From an uncultured Verrucomicrobiae bacterium (lineage in GTDB: Bacteria; Verrucomicrobiota; Verrucomicrobiia; Chthoniobacterales; JAFAMB01): a stretch of DNA of 64,000 nucleotides. Shown piece after piece: positions 61,978 to 64,000 of this stretch (position 1 is its first letter; every line of letters starts with the position of its first letter). Where the stretch lies: positions 288,001 through 352,000 of the forward strand of contig CAVXLD010000007.1 of assembly GCA_963762565.1 (NCBI GenBank), written 5' to 3'. Both the position numbers and the translations under genes were made by a program. The notes below the pieces were generated by a model. The model did no database searches. It was given only the letters and a program-made list of their open reading frames with translations, and was not told the origin of the DNA.

Positions 61978-62530
61978 ATGATCCCTTTGAAACAAAACAA
62001 CCTAGGCTGGCGGGAATCGCTCGCTCCTTCCCTGATGACCCGGATCCTCGTACCGACGGATTTAACCGATGATTCTCGGATCGCCATCTGGTATGCCATC
62101 GGTTTAGCCCGACGAGCTAGGGCAAAGCTGACGCTCTTACACGTCCGGATAATCCGACGCCAGCTTGGCCGCCCTCCAGCCCGTACTATCACGCTGAGCT
62201 TGAATTGGATGGTAGAAGAATGTTGGCGGAAAGCGAAGAAGCGGAGTTGGCGCTCCGCTCGATGCGAGATTGGACTCGAGCTCTGTACTCAGCTACCGAG
62301 GACTGCTTCTTGATCGGTGAAACGGGTTCGCTGGTTTTGCGGGCCGCTAAAGACTTGGCCAGCGACCTATTGTCGTTTCAAGAAGCGACGATGAGCGCCT
62401 AAGCGGGTCGTTGTTGGGCAAGACCTGTGACTGGATTGTTCGGGAAGCACCATGTCCTGTGCTTGTCGTCCCTGAAATCAGGCGGAGATCCTCTCACGCC
62501 GGCGCGAATCGTATTCGGAAGCGAGCAAAG
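61978..62530 (+). pseudogene. Universal stress protein, frameshifted
   Basis: ILVPTDLT..LTLLHV, then IGETGSLVLRAAKDLASDL, then LLGKTCDWIVREAPCPVLVVP in different frames; 3' end approximate. Confidence 0.75.
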
Positions 62531-62727
62531 CGTTACCCTTGGGTGTTGGCGACCTGATCGCGGTGAATAGCTTCAGTGAGCGGTACTAACACAAAGGGCG
62601 CGCCGTTCGCGCCGAACATCATCGCGCCGCAGCAGCTCACCAATCAGTAGGGGATAGTCGCTGAGGGTTCTGATATGCGGCGAATACTGAACGGATTCTT
62701 GTCGCTCTGAATATCTCTGATGCAAGA

Positions 62728-63105
62728 TCATAAGTAGCTCGTTGTTAGTTTGCCGGACAATTTTACCCGTTGTACCGATTTGCGCCGCGATAGGCCGGCG
62801 CACATCAGCCGAGTATGGTACTTTCGCATTTTACGCGCCACCCGATCGACCGCTTGGTCAATCGATGCATACATATCGTCGGTTTCTGCACTGATCTTGA
62901 TCGTAATATGCCGGTTGCAACGCAAAATGATGTCCACTCGGTTGCGATATTTTTCGTGACTGAGAAGCCCGTGAATCTCCAGAATTGCCGGATAATCGAG
63001 ATGCAGCGCTGCCAGACGATGGCGAAAGTAGCCTTCCATGGCTTCCGTCATGATTAGGTGCCGGCCTGTCAGCCGGATGGGGGGATTCGCATTCTTAGTT
63101 TGCAT
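62728..63105 (-). CDS. hpf: Ribosome hibernation promoting factor (RaiA/HPF, short form)
   Basis: TGRHL..TEAM, DMYASIDQAVDRVARKMRKYH. Confidence 0.85.
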   Translation of the reverse strand: MQTKNANPPIRLTGRHLIMTEAMEGYFRHRLAALHLDYPAILEIHGLLSHEKYRNRVDIILRCNRHITIKISAETDDMYASIDQAVDRVARKMRKYHTRLMCAGLSRRKSVQRVKLSGKLTTSYL

Positions 63106-63571
63106 AGTTTTCTCGCTTCCAGTGGCCATGACTTTCCAAGTCGGCCAGGATGGTTGCTAAATCGGCGGTCCAAGCCGACCTCCTGGCTTCGTGAGCGCCA
63201 GCCGCGTTCCGATCTAAAACAAAGGTCGCGCGCGCCGAATCGGTAATAAGCACCAGAGGAATGGCGCTCCATTGCTCAGAGTGACGTAGCAGGTGCGCGA
63301 AATTGATGGCGCTGCCCCCCGATAAATTCGAATCGGCGACGATGAGATGATACGGTATACATTTGAGCAGCGGCAGAGCTTGTTGGACCCTGCTTGTTCC
63401 ATGAGCGATCCAGCCTCGTTTCTTTAAATAGTCGGCTAACAAACCCCGCAGCAAGGTGGATTCCTCGATAACGAGAGCGCTGCGAAAGTTTAACCGGTCG
63501 ATACGGACATTAATCGTTGGCGAACGATGCGTAACTCTATCTGCAAGGATCGCAGGCGATCTTAAAAACAT
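63095..63571 (-). CDS. Atypical single-domain receiver protein
   Basis: LVIEES..LLADYL, LIVADSNLSG, IPLVLIT; conserved Lys absent. Confidence 0.6.
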   Translation of the reverse strand: MFLRSPAILADRVTHRSPTINVRIDRLNFRSALVIEESTLLRGLLADYLKKRGWIAHGTSRVQQALPLLKCIPYHLIVADSNLSGGSAINFAHLLRHSEQWSAIPLVLITDSARATFVLDRNAAGAHEARRSAWTADLATILADLESHGHWKRENYAN

Positions 63572-63605
63572 AGTAGTTCCTTCCTTGAAAGATGTTGGTT
63601 AACGG

Positions 63606-63998
63606 TTATTGGTTCTTGGCGAACGCCCACTGCACGGTATTAGACACCGCCTTCTCGCGGTCTGATGGGAAAAGGATTTCCAACTTCTCGGCCCCGTGCG
63701 CGGCTCGAACCTGCAGAGCAAGAACTCCAAAGCGCCCGTGATGAGAAATATGATAGTCTGATAGCCGAGCAATCGGAAAATAAGTGATGATTCCGCCGAA
63801 TTTGTGAAGGTCGCCAGGGTGTTGACGCTGGGCTGTTTTCTGTTCCAGAATTGATATTAGGCTGCGTGAGGTCACCAGGAGAGCTCCGGCGGGGGACAGG
63901 TCTCGCTCAAATCCACCGGTAACGGCATTCCAACGGGTCGCGGTGATCAGACTCTGATCGTTTGGCCGATACCGCTCAGCTTCCAATCGGAACTTCAT
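63606..63998 (-). CDS. Hypothetical protein (may extend beyond the window)
   Basis: ORF of at least 130 aa at the window edge. Confidence 0.5.
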   Translation of the reverse strand: MKFRLEAERYRPNDQSLITATRWNAVTGGFERDLSPAGALLVTSRSLISILEQKTAQRQHPGDLHKFGGIITYFPIARLSDYHISHHGRFGVLALQVRAAHGAEKLEILFPSDREKAVSNTVQWAFAKNQ

Positions 63999-64000
63999 CG

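Overview
A 64-kb bacterial chromosomal window of moderately high GC. Gene style suggests a soil Verrucomicrobiota/Chthoniobacterales-like organism; this is an inference and was not verified. Left part: SulP plus a Tat-type beta-carbonic anhydrase, a decayed lipase, an L,D-transpeptidase, a two-component-linked arylsulfatase/outer-membrane channel/FGE module, a three-subunit succinate:quinone oxidoreductase (sdhCAB) with a DASS carrier, gapN and a broken pfkA. Right part: a low-oxygen/dormancy-type island. It holds about nine universal stress protein genes or relics, a PAS-GAF-HisKA_3 kinase with a NarL regulator, two PocR-AraC regulators, a divergent PII, malic enzyme, a DksA-like protein, a complete hoxEFUYH+hoxW hydrogenase, a GlpA-like flavoprotein coupled to SdhB/C/D-like subunits, HDAC, ferredoxin, HPF and a primase-like unknown. 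Non-coding highlights: (i) an 803-nt ORF-less group II intron inserted precisely into a REP-like palindromic element next to an IS110 relic; (ii) intergenic inverted-repeat elements built from 7-bp tandem units that differ in sequence but share an RGYNR frame; (iii) a TA-flanked MITE; (iv) 9-mer inverted repeats around an internally deleted ldh. Many genes are pseudogenised. No rRNA, tRNA or CRISPR array was seen.
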